From Desulfocapsa sulfexigens DSM 10523 (GTDB taxonomy: Bacteria > Desulfobacterota > Desulfobulbia > Desulfobulbales > Desulfocapsaceae), in contig NC_020304.1 in the NCBI RefSeq assembly GCF_000341395.1, positions 2,760,001-2,792,000 on the forward strand: DNA of 32,000 nt, in the 5' to 3' direction. Position numbers and translations under genes: made by a program. Positions 1-9,932 of this stretch are shown one piece after another. The first letter of the stretch is position 1; each line of letters starts with the position of its first letter. The notes below the pieces were generated by a model. It did not search any database and was not told the origin of the DNA. It worked only from the letters and a program-made list of their open reading frames with translations.

Positions 1-873
1 TATTTCTTTTCCAATATGCTGCCGTCAACGGTTGGCGGCGATGTTGTTAGATCCTATTATACCGGCAAGATTATTCAGGATCAGTCCTATTCGGCAATTG
101 CCATTTTCATAGAGCGTTTCTCCGGTATTTTCTTTCTTTTTCTTCTCGTTCTCTTTGCACCACTTGTAAAGCCGTCACTCTACTTGAGTCCCTTTGTCTT
201 TGTTCCAGTTATCGCCTCCCTTATTCTCACTCTCAGTACTCTCTGGATGGCAAAGGTCAAAAAACCGTTTGTTTTTGCCGATGTGATTGTTGCCTCTGGT
301 TTAAAGGTTTTCAGAAAAACAATGGTACTGTTTGGTAGAAAAGACCCCCAGGTATTCATCGGAACAATTGAAGATCACTATAAAGCATTTATACAGCGGC
401 TAGAAAAGTTGCATCTCAAGGTGGTCCAGGCATTTGAGACAATCTTTAAAGATAAAATATTATTTTTGAAGTTGACATTTGTTACGGCTCTTTTTTATCT
501 GCTTACCTGGGTTAATGTGTCTCTTGCGTTACTGGCGTTTGGTGTTAACCATCAGTTTTCCGATATTTGCGCCCTGGTGCCAACTATCCTCTTTGTTGCC
601 CATTTTCCAGTTACCATTCTCGGGAACCTGGGGTTTTTTGAGTCAGTTTTTGTTTTTTATCTTCTGCTGGTCGATATCCCAGGCAACGGTTCTCTGGCCA
701 TGGGATTACTTTTACGAATGAAAATGTTGCTTATCGGTATTGTCGGTTTTTATGTTTATCTTGTATATAAACACGCTACGGGGGATGATGCGAAGCAGTT
801 AGGGGCGGTGGATGAAAAAAAGCACCTAAGCAGTGATGTGAAAAAGGAGTCTCCTGAAAATGATAGTTGTTGA
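1..873 (+). CDS. Flippase-like / lysylphosphatidylglycerol synthase-TM-like (AglD/YbhN-type) integral membrane protein, 5' truncated
   Basis: The frame is open from base 1 (YFFSNMLPSTVGGDVVRSYYTGK...), resembling the conserved 'GGDVVR' motif region of this family. Several hydrophobic segments follow. The tracked Met at 16 is probably internal. Confidence 0.75.
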   Translation, partial: YFFSNMLPSTVGGDVVRSYYTGKIIQDQSYSAIAIFIERFSGIFFLFLLVLFAPLVKPSLYLSPFVFVPVIASLILTLSTLWMAKVKKPFVFADVIVASGLKVFRKTMVLFGRKDPQVFIGTIEDHYKAFIQRLEKLHLKVVQAFETIFKDKILFLKLTFVTALFYLLTWVNVSLALLAFGVNHQFSDICALVPTILFVAHFPVTILGNLGFFESVFVFYLLLVDIPGNGSLAMGLLLRMKMLLIGIVGFYVYLVYKHATGDDAKQLGAVDEKKHLSSDVKKESPENDSC

Positions 874-1612
874 AAAAAAATCTATCCAGGAAAAGGTCTC
901 TGGCAACTCCGGAATGTTTGCTAAATACAGAGTGGCAATGGTTGGTGACGGTGGGAACCTGACTCTTTTCCTGTATGAACTGATTAACTTTTTTTGTACA
1001 CCCGTGCCGGGGATATCGGGTGTTTTGTTTAGGAGATTGTTTTTTCCTCTGCTGCTTGGGAAAATCGGTACAGCTGTTCGTATTTACGAAAACTGCACGA
1101 TACGCAATGGTCGTAATATTGTGCTAGGTGATAATGTTTGTATTGAAAAGGAAGTCACGCTGGACGTGAAACCCGGGGAAAATAAAATTGTACTCGGTGA
1201 TAATGTTATCATAGGAAACCGTGTAATCTTCAATTGCTCTGGTGGTGTGATTTCCATCGGTGACGGGACAGTGGTTGGATCGCATTGTCGACTCGGTTCT
1301 TTACTTGGTAACACGATAGGCTGTCATTGCAGAATAGGCAGAGATAGTTGTATTGTCGGGGCAGGTCATGCCACCGGTGATCTTGAGAAAGCCATCGTTC
1401 GCCAGCCGATAACCTGTAATGGCCCGAGCATTATCGGCGATTATGTGTCAATTGGGGAAAGAGTCACTCTGCTGGATGGGGTCAGGGTTGGTTCACATGT
1501 CACAATCTGTTCCGACTCCCTGGTGCTTCAGGATATCCCTGATAATTGTACTGTTTCAGGAGTCCCTGCAAAGATCATTTCCAAAGAGTCGGTTCAGGGG
1601 AGAAGACTGTAA
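860..1612 (+). CDS. Hexapeptide-repeat (left-handed beta-helix) acyltransferase
   Basis: Repeated [LIV]GxxxxI hexapeptides (NIVLGDNVCIEKEV, KIVLGDNVIIGNRV, VVIGDGTVVGSHC, SIIGDYVSIGERV...). Overlaps the upstream gene by 14 nt. Confidence 0.85.
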   Translation: MIVVEKKSIQEKVSGNSGMFAKYRVAMVGDGGNLTLFLYELINFFCTPVPGISGVLFRRLFFPLLLGKIGTAVRIYENCTIRNGRNIVLGDNVCIEKEVTLDVKPGENKIVLGDNVIIGNRVIFNCSGGVISIGDGTVVGSHCRLGSLLGNTIGCHCRIGRDSCIVGAGHATGDLEKAIVRQPITCNGPSIIGDYVSIGERVTLLDGVRVGSHVTICSDSLVLQDIPDNCTVSGVPAKIISKESVQGRRL

Positions 1613-1651
1613 ACATGGAATGCTTGCTAATATCTCAATTGCAGGTGTGTT

Positions 1652-2305
1652 TTGTTGTATAAATTCCTCCAATGGTGCCCTGGTGCAGTTGGCTTGTTGT
1701 TGAGGCAGAAACTCTATCCGAGGTATCTGAAGAATTGTGGACGCAATGTCCTTTTTGGCAGGTTTGTTGAGTTTGCCAATGCCAGGGAGAAAATCACCAT
1801 TGGCTCCGGAGTGGTACTTAATGATTTTGTGTGTCTCGATGGTGGTGATCCATCGGATTTTGATTCCCCTCTGATCATAGAGGACAACGTATTTATTGGT
1901 ACTGGGACCACGGTTAAAGTAACGGGTGGTAGTATACGTATTGGTGCCGGCACAAACATCGGAAGTGATTGCCTCGTACAGTCTGATCTACCAGTTGTGT
2001 TTGAACATGATGTTCTGGTTGCTGCCTTTTGTGAAATAGGGAAGAGAGATTGTGCCAGACAGCAATTGCTCGACCATGTGGATTCTGACAGCAGTAATTT
2101 AAATAAGGAAACAAGCGTTAAAGAGGGCGGCTGGATTGGCGTTCGTGGAAAAATAAAGGCCGGGCATCATATCGGTGAGGGAACCATTATAGGTGCTCAT
2201 TCCAATGTCGTTACCGATTTGGCGGATAAGGTCGTGGCAATCGGTGATCCGGCCCAGGTACTGCGTGAGCGGAAGGAACCTCAAGTCATAGGAAGAAAGA
2301 GTTGA
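1652..2305 (+). CDS. Second hexapeptide-repeat acyltransferase, putative TTG start
   Basis: KITIGSGVVLNDFVCLDGGD, LIIEDNVFIGTGTTVKV, IRIGAGTNIGSDCLVQ, HHIGEGTIIGAHSNVV hexapeptide repeats. No ATG or GTG start is available in frame upstream of the homologous region. Confidence 0.8.
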   Translation: MLYKFLQWCPGAVGLLLRQKLYPRYLKNCGRNVLFGRFVEFANAREKITIGSGVVLNDFVCLDGGDPSDFDSPLIIEDNVFIGTGTTVKVTGGSIRIGAGTNIGSDCLVQSDLPVVFEHDVLVAAFCEIGKRDCARQQLLDHVDSDSSNLNKETSVKEGGWIGVRGKIKAGHHIGEGTIIGAHSNVVTDLADKVVAIGDPAQVLRERKEPQVIGRKS

Positions 2306-2315
2306 TTGTAAGGAA

Positions 2316-3713
2316 ATGTGCTTTTTAATGAAATGGTTTTTAAAAATATTTTTGGTGGCCCTGGTGATGGAGGTCTTAACTTTCGGGAGTGGATTCTGTG
2401 AACAGGATTCTGGTAGTCCTGTAATAGAAAATTCAATCACTTTAAATCGAGCCATTGAAATAGCACTGCAGCATAATCGTTCTCTTCAGCGCTCTCTTCT
2501 TACCCTGACTTCCTCAAAGCTCAGTGTCAAAGCCAGAGAAGATGATTTTGATATCAAAATCATACCCGGTACTATGGTAACCTCGAATTCTTCAAACGAT
2601 AAGTATGTATCCGGTCAGGTGAGAATTCTCAAAGAAACTGAAGTCGGAATTACAGCTTCAATAACACCGAGAATTGAACAACAGGGAGATCTGTACACTT
2701 CATCGGTGAATGTTTTGTTGAATGTGCCACTTTTGAATGGCTTTGGCACTGATTATGCTCTTGATGGCTTGTATAGTGCCCGCTATGACCTTGAAAGTTC
2801 AGAGCAGTCCTATTATCAGCAACAGGTCAATACCGTAATTAAAACTGTTTCAACTGTTTATGAAATAATTAAGGATCAGCAACAGATGGGCCTGCTGAAC
2901 AATCAGCTTAGTGGCCTGGAGAAACATCTGATGTTGACCAAAATGAAAGAAAAGACAGGACTTGCCACAGCTATGGATCTGTACAGAGCTGAATTGAGGC
3001 TTAAAGATGTGCAGAATGAAATGACCACCGTCAACGAGCGATTTGATAATCATGTGGATCAATTAAAGGATCTCTTATCCATCGCAATGCAGGGGGAGTT
3101 GACCGTCACTGCTCCTGTCGATTATGAGCCTGTTATTACTCACCTTGATGAAGCTGTTGCCATAGCTCTTGAAAACCGTATCGAAATTGAACAATCGAAG
3201 CGAAGGAGTGAAGAATCCAGGAGAAAGATGCTTCTGGCCAGGAATAATATTCTGCCCAGAGTCGATTTGGATGTGGGATATCGAAGATATGGTGATAACA
3301 GTTCCTTTCAACTCGATGAGGAAGATTGGACCATAGGGCTGAATGGTTCTTCGGATCTTGCAAGATCCCAGGAGAAAACAGCATTTGAACAGGCCAACAT
3401 CAGATATCGGCAATCAAAGATTGATCTGGAGAGCACTCAGGAAAGCGTTGTTAGAGAAGTTCGGGCTCAGATAAATCAGATGAAAAAAAATGAGCAGCTC
3501 ATCGTTGATCGCCGAGAGCAGGCCAGACAAACAGAGGGCAAGCTGGAACTTGCGTTGTCCAAATTCAACCATGGTCTGGCAGATAACTTCGATTTGTTAG
3601 AAGCACAGACAGAGATGCAGCAGGTCAAGACAGATCTGTTGTTTGATACCATTGGGTATATTGTCGATACCTACAAACTGCGTTCAGTTTTGGGAACACT
3701 CCTTGACAGGTAG
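2316..3713 (+). CDS. TolC-like outer membrane efflux protein
   Basis: N-terminal signal-like segment, coiled-coil repeats with LNRAIEIALQHNRSLQ and LDEAVAIALENRIEIEQSKR (duplicated OEP domain pattern). Immediately upstream of adaptor and ABC genes. Confidence 0.85.
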   Translation: MCFLMKWFLKIFLVALVMEVLTFGSGFCEQDSGSPVIENSITLNRAIEIALQHNRSLQRSLLTLTSSKLSVKAREDDFDIKIIPGTMVTSNSSNDKYVSGQVRILKETEVGITASITPRIEQQGDLYTSSVNVLLNVPLLNGFGTDYALDGLYSARYDLESSEQSYYQQQVNTVIKTVSTVYEIIKDQQQMGLLNNQLSGLEKHLMLTKMKEKTGLATAMDLYRAELRLKDVQNEMTTVNERFDNHVDQLKDLLSIAMQGELTVTAPVDYEPVITHLDEAVAIALENRIEIEQSKRRSEESRRKMLLARNNILPRVDLDVGYRRYGDNSSFQLDEEDWTIGLNGSSDLARSQEKTAFEQANIRYRQSKIDLESTQESVVREVRAQINQMKKNEQLIVDRREQARQTEGKLELALSKFNHGLADNFDLLEAQTEMQQVKTDLLFDTIGYIVDTYKLRSVLGTLLDR

Positions 3714-3734
3714 GGTAGCGAGTTGATTGTTAAT

Positions 3735-5165
3735 ATGAAGAAATTTTGTATTGCGTTTTGTACTGTTTTTTTTGCTGTGACTGCGTTGATTTCCGGAGGG
3801 TGTTCTTCAGAGCAGCCTACGGACACTCAGACGGTTGTTCCGGTGAGCAAACATGATTTTAATATAGAATTAAACATTGTTGGTGTACTGGATGCAGCAA
3901 AATCCCATATGATAGCTTCTGAGCTGGAAGGTACAAATGGAACGATCATCTATCTTATTAATGATGGGAAATCGGTGGTTAAAGGTGAAACTGTTGTTCG
4001 TTTTGACCGGGCCTTATTTGAAAAAGAGGTGACTGAGCTTGAAGCACAGGTGGAAAGTTATACAGCTGCTGTAGAGGCAGCAGAGCAGGTAGTGGCTTTT
4101 GAAATCAATCAGGTGGAAAAGGAACTGGTTAACGCCCGCTATGGGCAAAGTGTTGCATCCCTGGAATTAAAACGATTGGAGGAGGGTGACGGTCCCCTTA
4201 AACTTTCAGGGCTTATGGAAGAACGGCAAAAAGTACAAATTGAATTGAAACGATTCCAGGATTTTTTAACAGATCTGGAAAGTTTTGAGAAAAAAGGCTT
4301 TAAGAACCCTTCAGAAATCAGTTCAACAAAAGAAAAAATTGCCGCTTATAATACTGAACTTTCCTCGGTAACTAAGCGCTATGAAACATACAAAAACAAC
4401 GTTCTTCCGGTTCTCATAGAAAGTGCTAAGGCAAAGGTGCAGAATGCTGAAATGCTGGTTCAGCAGACCAGAGAAGGAGGGAAACATAAGATCGCTAAAA
4501 CACGAGCAACCTTGTTGCAGGTAAAGGCGATGTTAAAGACCCAAAAATCTTCTCTGGAGAAGGCTCGGTTGAAACTTTCCAAAACTGAAATAGTTGCCCC
4601 CTTCGATGGTATTGTTATACACTATCAGACCTTTCGCAATGGAGAAAAACGAAAACCGAGAGAGGGTGATTCTGTATTTATGAATCAGCCGATACTCTAT
4701 CTGCCTGATATAACCAGGATGGTTATTAAGACAAAAGCTCGTGAGGTTGATCTTCATAAAATCAAGCTTGGGCAACGGGGTACTATTGTTGTCGATGCCT
4801 ATCCCGACGCAAAGTTGAGCGGTGAACTGACTTTTGTGGGATCGCTGGCAGCTGCCGAAGAGTCCGGCGAAAGTTATGAAAAATATTTTCAGGTTCTTTT
4901 TAAAGTAAATGAGGAGGATACCAGGCTTCGACCAGGCATGACCTGTCGTATATCCATCCAGGCTGAATCAGTAACAGATGCTATCGCTGTACCTCTTCAG
5001 GCTGTGTTTACTCATGATCAGGACATGTTCTGTTACGTGAAGACGGAAGATGGCGGTTTTGAAGCAAGAAGTGTGGTAATCGGTCGTCAGAATGAAGAAT
5101 TTGTTGAAATACTTGAAGGACTGACTGTTGGCGAACAGGTCAGCTTAATCAGGCAAAGTCTGTAA
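3735..5165 (+). CDS. HlyD/MFP-family periplasmic adaptor, possible lipoprotein; the track also allows a TTG start at 3723
   Basis: MKKFCIAFCTVFFAVTALISGGCSS possible lipoprotein signal; long coiled coil; KTEIVAPFDGIVIHY lipoyl/barrel-sandwich motif; C-terminal barrel with RPGMTCRI. Confidence 0.85.
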   Translation: MKKFCIAFCTVFFAVTALISGGCSSEQPTDTQTVVPVSKHDFNIELNIVGVLDAAKSHMIASELEGTNGTIIYLINDGKSVVKGETVVRFDRALFEKEVTELEAQVESYTAAVEAAEQVVAFEINQVEKELVNARYGQSVASLELKRLEEGDGPLKLSGLMEERQKVQIELKRFQDFLTDLESFEKKGFKNPSEISSTKEKIAAYNTELSSVTKRYETYKNNVLPVLIESAKAKVQNAEMLVQQTREGGKHKIAKTRATLLQVKAMLKTQKSSLEKARLKLSKTEIVAPFDGIVIHYQTFRNGEKRKPREGDSVFMNQPILYLPDITRMVIKTKAREVDLHKIKLGQRGTIVVDAYPDAKLSGELTFVGSLAAAEESGESYEKYFQVLFKVNEEDTRLRPGMTCRISIQAESVTDAIAVPLQAVFTHDQDMFCYVKTEDGGFEARSVVIGRQNEEFVEILEGLTVGEQVSLIRQSL

Positions 5166-5168
5166 GAG

Positions 5169-5831
5169 ATGTTACTCGAGGCAAAGGGCTTAAGCCGAAG
5201 CTATCTAATTGGTCAAACCACTATTCCCATTCTCCGGGGGGTTGATATCTCTGTTGCTGAGGGTGAATTTATTTCGATAATGGGCACGTCCGGTTCGGGG
5301 AAATCTACGTTACTTCATATTCTGGGAGGACTGGATACCCCTGATCATGGCACCTATATTTTCAATGGAAAAGATATGCTCAGTATGTCGGATATCGAAA
5401 GATCCGGGATACGAGCCCATTGGATTGGCTTTGTTTTTCAAACCTTTGATCTGCTGCCGGAACTGAATGTTGTTGAAAATATCAGCCTTCCTTTTCTCTA
5501 CAATAAAACAGCCCCTGATCTGAAAAATCATCAGATTAAGAACGCAATGGAGAGGGTTGGTCTCATGCATCGTCAAATGCATCGCCCTCAGGAACTTTCA
5601 GGAGGAGAGATGCAACGGGTAGCAATAGCAAGAGCCCTGGCTGTTAATCCAAAACTAATTCTGGCCGACGAGCCCACTGGTAATCTAGATAGCAGGAATA
5701 GCCATGACATTCTTAATCTTTTTCGGGATTTAAATGAATCCGGTGCCACTGTTATCATGGTCACTCACGATGAAAAAGTTGCTGCTTTCTCCGAAAGAAC
5801 TCTGGAGATGGCAGACGGGTGCCTGAGCTAG
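5169..5831 (+). CDS. ABC transporter ATP-binding protein, LolD/MacB type
   Basis: Walker [10 protein letters not shown], signature [15 protein letters not shown], Walker [14 protein letters not shown]-loop VTHDEK. Confidence 0.95.
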   Translation: MLLEAKGLSRSYLIGQTTIPILRGVDISVAEGEFISIMGTSGSGKSTLLHILGGLDTPDHGTYIFNGKDMLSMSDIERSGIRAHWIGFVFQTFDLLPELNVVENISLPFLYNKTAPDLKNHQIKNAMERVGLMHRQMHRPQELSGGEMQRVAIARALAVNPKLILADEPTGNLDSRNSHDILNLFRDLNESGATVIMVTHDEKVAAFSERTLEMADGCLS

Positions 5832-7079
5832 ATGATACTTCAGTTTTTACTTTTTCTTCGAATTGCTTATCGCTCACTCTATGTTCACAAATTCCGCTCC
5901 TTCCTAAGTGTGCTTGGTATCGTGTGCGGTGTCATGGCGGTTATGGCCATGATATCAACCGGAGAAGGTGCTAAGCAGGAAGTTCTGGGACGAATAGAAA
6001 AGATGGGCTTGAAAAATATCTACATCAGGAAAGTGGAACTCTCTGAAGAGCTGAAAAAGCAGGTCGCGGAAAAACAATCATACGGTTTATCACTCTATGA
6101 TGTCGAGCGCCTGCAGTTATTGACCCCTGCTATTACTCAGGTTGGTGCGGTTCGAAAGGCCACTCTTACTCCGGTTGGGACAGGAATTGGCATTACTCCC
6201 AAAATCTTGCAATGTACCGGTAACTATGCGTCACTGCTTGGTTTGAAAATAAAAGAAGGGAGGTTTATCAATGAGCTGGATTCCTATCGTGAAAATCAGG
6301 TATGTGTCATAGGCAGTTCACTATCGAGAAGACTCGGTACCGAGGGGCAGGTCGGTAGATCCGTCAGAATGAATGACTCTCTTTATAAAATTGTTGGTAT
6401 TCTGAACAGCTATGATTTTGACGCATCTCAGACTGCAAAAATAAATATTGAGAACTTTAATGATATTGTTTTTTTACCATTGAAGATCCCTAAAAATCCG
6501 ACTAGGTTCGGTTCAGCCATGCGTCAATTTTCAATGCTATCTCATATTGTTGTGGAGGTGGATAGACGAAAGAATGTGGAATCCGTGGCAAAGCTTGTTC
6601 GCCGGACCCTGGAGCTGACTCATAGCCAGGTGTTGGATTATAATATTGTCGTTCCTCTGGAACTTTTGGCCCAGTCTCTTGCAGCACAAAGGATTTTTAA
6701 TCTGGTGCTGGCTGTTACAGGAGGGGTTTCTCTGTTGGTTGGGGGGATTGGGATTATGAATATTATGCTCGCTACGGTGACGGAGCGCAGGCGTGAAATA
6801 GGTGTGCGTCGGGCTGTTGGCGCCACTGAAAAAGATATTGCCTGTCAATTTCTTGCGGAGTCTTTTCTCCTTACCATGTGTGGTGGAGTGATTGGACTTG
6901 TTGGAGGGGTGATCTGTGTCAATGTCATCGAAATGTGGGCTGGGTGGCCAATAAGGGTGACCATTTACGCAATGTTTGTACCATTTGTTTTAGCCTGTGG
7001 TACTGGTATATTTTTTGGTTTTTATCCGGCCGTTCGTGCCGCCAGAATGGATCCTATTCAGGCGCTCAGAACTGTATGA
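5832..7079 (+). CDS. ABC transporter permease, MacB/FtsX type
   Basis: N-terminal TM plus SVLGIVCGVMAVMAMISTGEGAK, large extracytoplasmic domain, C-terminal TMs with GGIGIMNIMLATVTERRREIGVRRAVGA. Starts directly after the ATPase stop codon. Confidence 0.93.
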   Translation: MILQFLLFLRIAYRSLYVHKFRSFLSVLGIVCGVMAVMAMISTGEGAKQEVLGRIEKMGLKNIYIRKVELSEELKKQVAEKQSYGLSLYDVERLQLLTPAITQVGAVRKATLTPVGTGIGITPKILQCTGNYASLLGLKIKEGRFINELDSYRENQVCVIGSSLSRRLGTEGQVGRSVRMNDSLYKIVGILNSYDFDASQTAKINIENFNDIVFLPLKIPKNPTRFGSAMRQFSMLSHIVVEVDRRKNVESVAKLVRRTLELTHSQVLDYNIVVPLELLAQSLAAQRIFNLVLAVTGGVSLLVGGIGIMNIMLATVTERRREIGVRRAVGATEKDIACQFLAESFLLTMCGGVIGLVGGVICVNVIEMWAGWPIRVTIYAMFVPFVLACGTGIFFGFYPAVRAARMDPIQALRTV

Positions 7080-7113
7080 TGCTATTATTGTTTTACGTAA
7101 AGGGAGAAAAGAA

Positions 7114-7803
7114 ATGATTCCATTTTTGAGAATAGTTCTCGGAAGAGGGCTCTTGTTTGTTATGGTCGTTACCGTAAGTGTCTGTAATGTCACAATGTCT
7201 TCTGTTGCAGCCACTACAGAGGTTCCTGAAAGTTCAAAAACAGAGATATTATCTCCAAAACCGGATCAAAAGACAAAAGCAGAAACGCCTCCTGCACCTG
7301 GTGCCGTTACCAAAACCTATGTTGATCGTGATCCTGCGGGTGAAGACGATACAATAGATGGCATGACAATGCTGTATATTGGTGGTGCTGTTGGTGTTAT
7401 AGCTATTGGTGCTGTTGCTCTGTCTGGAGGGGGAGGTGGTGACTCATCTGATTCTGCAGGATCTTTACCTGCACCGACTGAGACACCCGTTGGCCCTGAT
7501 CTTAACGGGACCAACTGGGGCGGTTTCTTGAGCATACATGACAAGGCTCATGTCGGGTATCAGACCATATCGGCATCTATACGACACAGTGGACGTGTTG
7601 TAGAGATTCTTACCACTTCAAATCTCGATTATGGGCAATATTTCACTGGAACGATATCGAGTGGTGGCCATATGCTTCTGTATGACAGTATAACTGGGGA
7701 AGACTGGACAACTCATGCTGCGAGTGCCACTGCCAATAGAGTTGATTTGTACGATTTCGTTGACAATTATGCAGATACTGATCAGATGTTGCTCGTCAGG
7801 TAA
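7114..7803 (+). CDS. Hypothetical exported or membrane-anchored protein; N-terminal signal, Pro-rich linker, internal hydrophobic segment, Gly run, C-terminal domain with predicted beta-like pattern
   Basis: ATG at 7114 preceded by AGGGAGA. Protein MIPFLRIVLGRGLLFVMVVTVSVCNV...; TMLYIGGAVGVIAIGAVALSGGGGG; then GTNWGGFLSIHDKAHVGYQ... The tracked start at 6997 overlaps the permease gene and is unlikely. Confidence 0.75.
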   Translation: MIPFLRIVLGRGLLFVMVVTVSVCNVTMSSVAATTEVPESSKTEILSPKPDQKTKAETPPAPGAVTKTYVDRDPAGEDDTIDGMTMLYIGGAVGVIAIGAVALSGGGGGDSSDSAGSLPAPTETPVGPDLNGTNWGGFLSIHDKAHVGYQTISASIRHSGRVVEILTTSNLDYGQYFTGTISSGGHMLLYDSITGEDWTTHAASATANRVDLYDFVDNYADTDQMLLVR

Positions 7804-7912
7804 CAGAAAATTAGTATAAAGTGAGTTTGATCTTTAGGGAATTTTAGATGAATTTTTAATTCTTGAAATATCAGTATGAGATTGAGCCGCAAATTTTAGG
7901 GAGAGATATACT

Positions 7913-8878
7913 TTGTTACTTTCTGTTGTAGTTCCTCTTTATAACGAAGAAGAAAATGTTCAGCTTTTATACGATGAACTTAAAGAGGTTCTGAACTTAA
8001 TCGAGGACGACCACGAAATCATTTTTATCGATGATGGAAGCCAGGATACGAGCCTTGAAATTCTTCAAACCATCCAGAAACAGGATGACAGTGTCATTGT
8101 CGTCAGTTTTAGAAGGAATTTCGGCCAGACGGCGGCCATGTCAGCAGGCTTTGATTATGCGCGAGGAGATGTGATTGTTACCATGGATGGTGATCTGCAG
8201 AATGATCCCCATGATATACCTAAGTTACTTGAAAAGATTAAGGATGGGTATGATGTGGTTACCGGCTGGAGATTTGACCGGCAGGATGCCTTTATCAGTC
8301 GAAAACTCCCGTCCATGATTGCTAATAAAATTATCTCTGTAACCACCGGGGTAAGTCTGCACGATTATGGTTGCACTCTAAAGGCTTTCAGGAAGGATGT
8401 TGTGAAGGGAATACGCCTCTATGGAGAAATGCATCGTTTTATCCCTGCTATTGCCAGTGGTATGGGGATTTCCTTCACTGAAGTAAAAGTGAATCACAGG
8501 GCTCGTCGTTTCGGAACTTCCAAATATGGGATTTCTCGTACCATCCGGGTGGTTCTTGATTTGATGACAGTTAAATTTCTTTTGAGTTATGCCACAAGGC
8601 CACTTCATGTTTTCGGGACGGTGGGTGTTCTGTCTGCAGGAGCAGGGTTTGTGATAGCTCTTGTGATGACGTTACAACGTTTTTTTGCAGGTGTTGGGTT
8701 GTCGGACAGGCCACTTCTGCTTTTAGCCGTGTTGCTGATATTTATGGGGGTTCAGTTTATCACCATGGGGCTTCTTGCTGAAATTGTGGTACGAACCTAT
8801 CACGAGTCCCAGGAAAAACCGATTTATTATGTACGTAAGGTTATAGGCATTGTCTCAGGGAAGTCCGAACAGGTCTGA
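7913..8878 (+). CDS. Family 2 glycosyltransferase with two C-terminal TM segments (DPM1/GtrB-like), TTG start
   Basis: LLSVVVPLYNEEENV, VIFIDDGSQDTS-type motif, MDGDLQNDP, two C-terminal hydrophobic helices. SD-like AGGGAGAG precedes TTG. Confidence 0.9.
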   Translation: MLLSVVVPLYNEEENVQLLYDELKEVLNLIEDDHEIIFIDDGSQDTSLEILQTIQKQDDSVIVVSFRRNFGQTAAMSAGFDYARGDVIVTMDGDLQNDPHDIPKLLEKIKDGYDVVTGWRFDRQDAFISRKLPSMIANKIISVTTGVSLHDYGCTLKAFRKDVVKGIRLYGEMHRFIPAIASGMGISFTEVKVNHRARRFGTSKYGISRTIRVVLDLMTVKFLLSYATRPLHVFGTVGVLSAGAGFVIALVMTLQRFFAGVGLSDRPLLLLAVLLIFMGVQFITMGLLAEIVVRTYHESQEKPIYYVRKVIGIVSGKSEQV

Positions 8879-8887
8879 TTACTTCCT

Positions 8888-9919
8888 ATGCAAATGGACA
8901 TTGTCATTCCAAACTTTAATGGAAAAGTTTTTCTGCGGAGTTGTCTTGATTCGCTAAGACGTCAGAATTGTTCTGATTTTAGAGTTATTGTCGTAGACAA
9001 TGGCTCAAGCGATGGCTCTATTGACCTGCTTGCCCTAGAGTATCCCGAGGTGAAAGTCATTTCCTGGGCCGAAAACAGAGGTTTCAGTGCTGCTGTCAAT
9101 GCTGGAATTGTCGCGGGTTCCAGTCCTCTTGTTTTTTTATTAAATAACGATACGGAACTTGATGAGCAGTGTCTTGATAAACTTATCGCTGCTGCCCGGG
9201 AAAAGACGGAATACGATTTTTTTGCCGCCAAGATGTTAAACTACCATGACCGGGACTATCTTGACGGGGCAGGTGATGCGTTTCTCCGGGGTGGGGTTGG
9301 CTACAGGCTTGGTACCATGGAGTCTGATGGTGATTTTTATAATGTTTCCAGGCAGGTGTTTGGTGCTTGTGCAGGGGCGGCATTGTATCGAAGGGATTTT
9401 TTGGAGGAACTCGGAGCTTTTGATGAGGATTTCTTTGCCTACCTTGAAGATGTTGATCTCAACTTTAGGGCAAACAGCCGAGGGAAAAAATGCTGGTATG
9501 TCTCCGAAGCCAGAGTGTATCACATTGGCAGTGCTACGACAGGATCGAAGATCAACCCTTTTACTGTGAGTCTTTCCACCAGAAATAACCTATGTCTACT
9601 GGTTAAAAATTATCCACTATCCTTGTTGCTGCGTTTCGCTCCGGCTATCTGTGTGTATCAGTTTTGCTGGCTCTGTTTTGTTGTGAAAAAGTTTCAACTC
9701 TTCGCCTACTGCAAAGGAATTGTCAATTTTCTTTCGATATTGCCTGTAATGATTGCGAAACGTAAAGGAAACCTGAGCATGGCAGCACTGAGCAGTGCTG
9801 AACTTGCTGGGCTTATGTGCAGCGCCGAGCGGGAAGCTATTCACTCTATCATGCGCAGACGTGAAGAAAATGGAAAAGGGAATCGACTCTTTTCCATATA
9901 TCAGCGCTTATTCCTCTAA
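8888..9919 (+). CDS. Family 2 glycosyltransferase (rhamnosyltransferase-like)
   Basis: MDIVIPNFNGKVFLRSCLDSLRRQNCSDFRVIVVDNGSSDGS, FLLNNDTEL, EDVDLNFRANSRGKKCWYV. Confidence 0.9.
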   Translation: MQMDIVIPNFNGKVFLRSCLDSLRRQNCSDFRVIVVDNGSSDGSIDLLALEYPEVKVISWAENRGFSAAVNAGIVAGSSPLVFLLNNDTELDEQCLDKLIAAAREKTEYDFFAAKMLNYHDRDYLDGAGDAFLRGGVGYRLGTMESDGDFYNVSRQVFGACAGAALYRRDFLEELGAFDEDFFAYLEDVDLNFRANSRGKKCWYVSEARVYHIGSATTGSKINPFTVSLSTRNNLCLLVKNYPLSLLLRFAPAICVYQFCWLCFVVKKFQLFAYCKGIVNFLSILPVMIAKRKGNLSMAALSSAELAGLMCSAEREAIHSIMRRREENGKGNRLFSIYQRLFL

Positions 9920-9932
9920 ATCAGTTGCCCCT

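Noticed and set aside
16-18. ATG at 16 as the start of the first gene
   Set aside because: The frame is open back to base 1 and the N-terminal catalytic/TM half expected for the family is missing, so this is an internal Met of a truncated gene.
9246-9569. 107-aa alternative-frame ORF inside the GT2 gene
   Set aside because: It overlaps a strong glycosyltransferase ORF (EDVDLNFR etc. in the main frame) and has no independent support.
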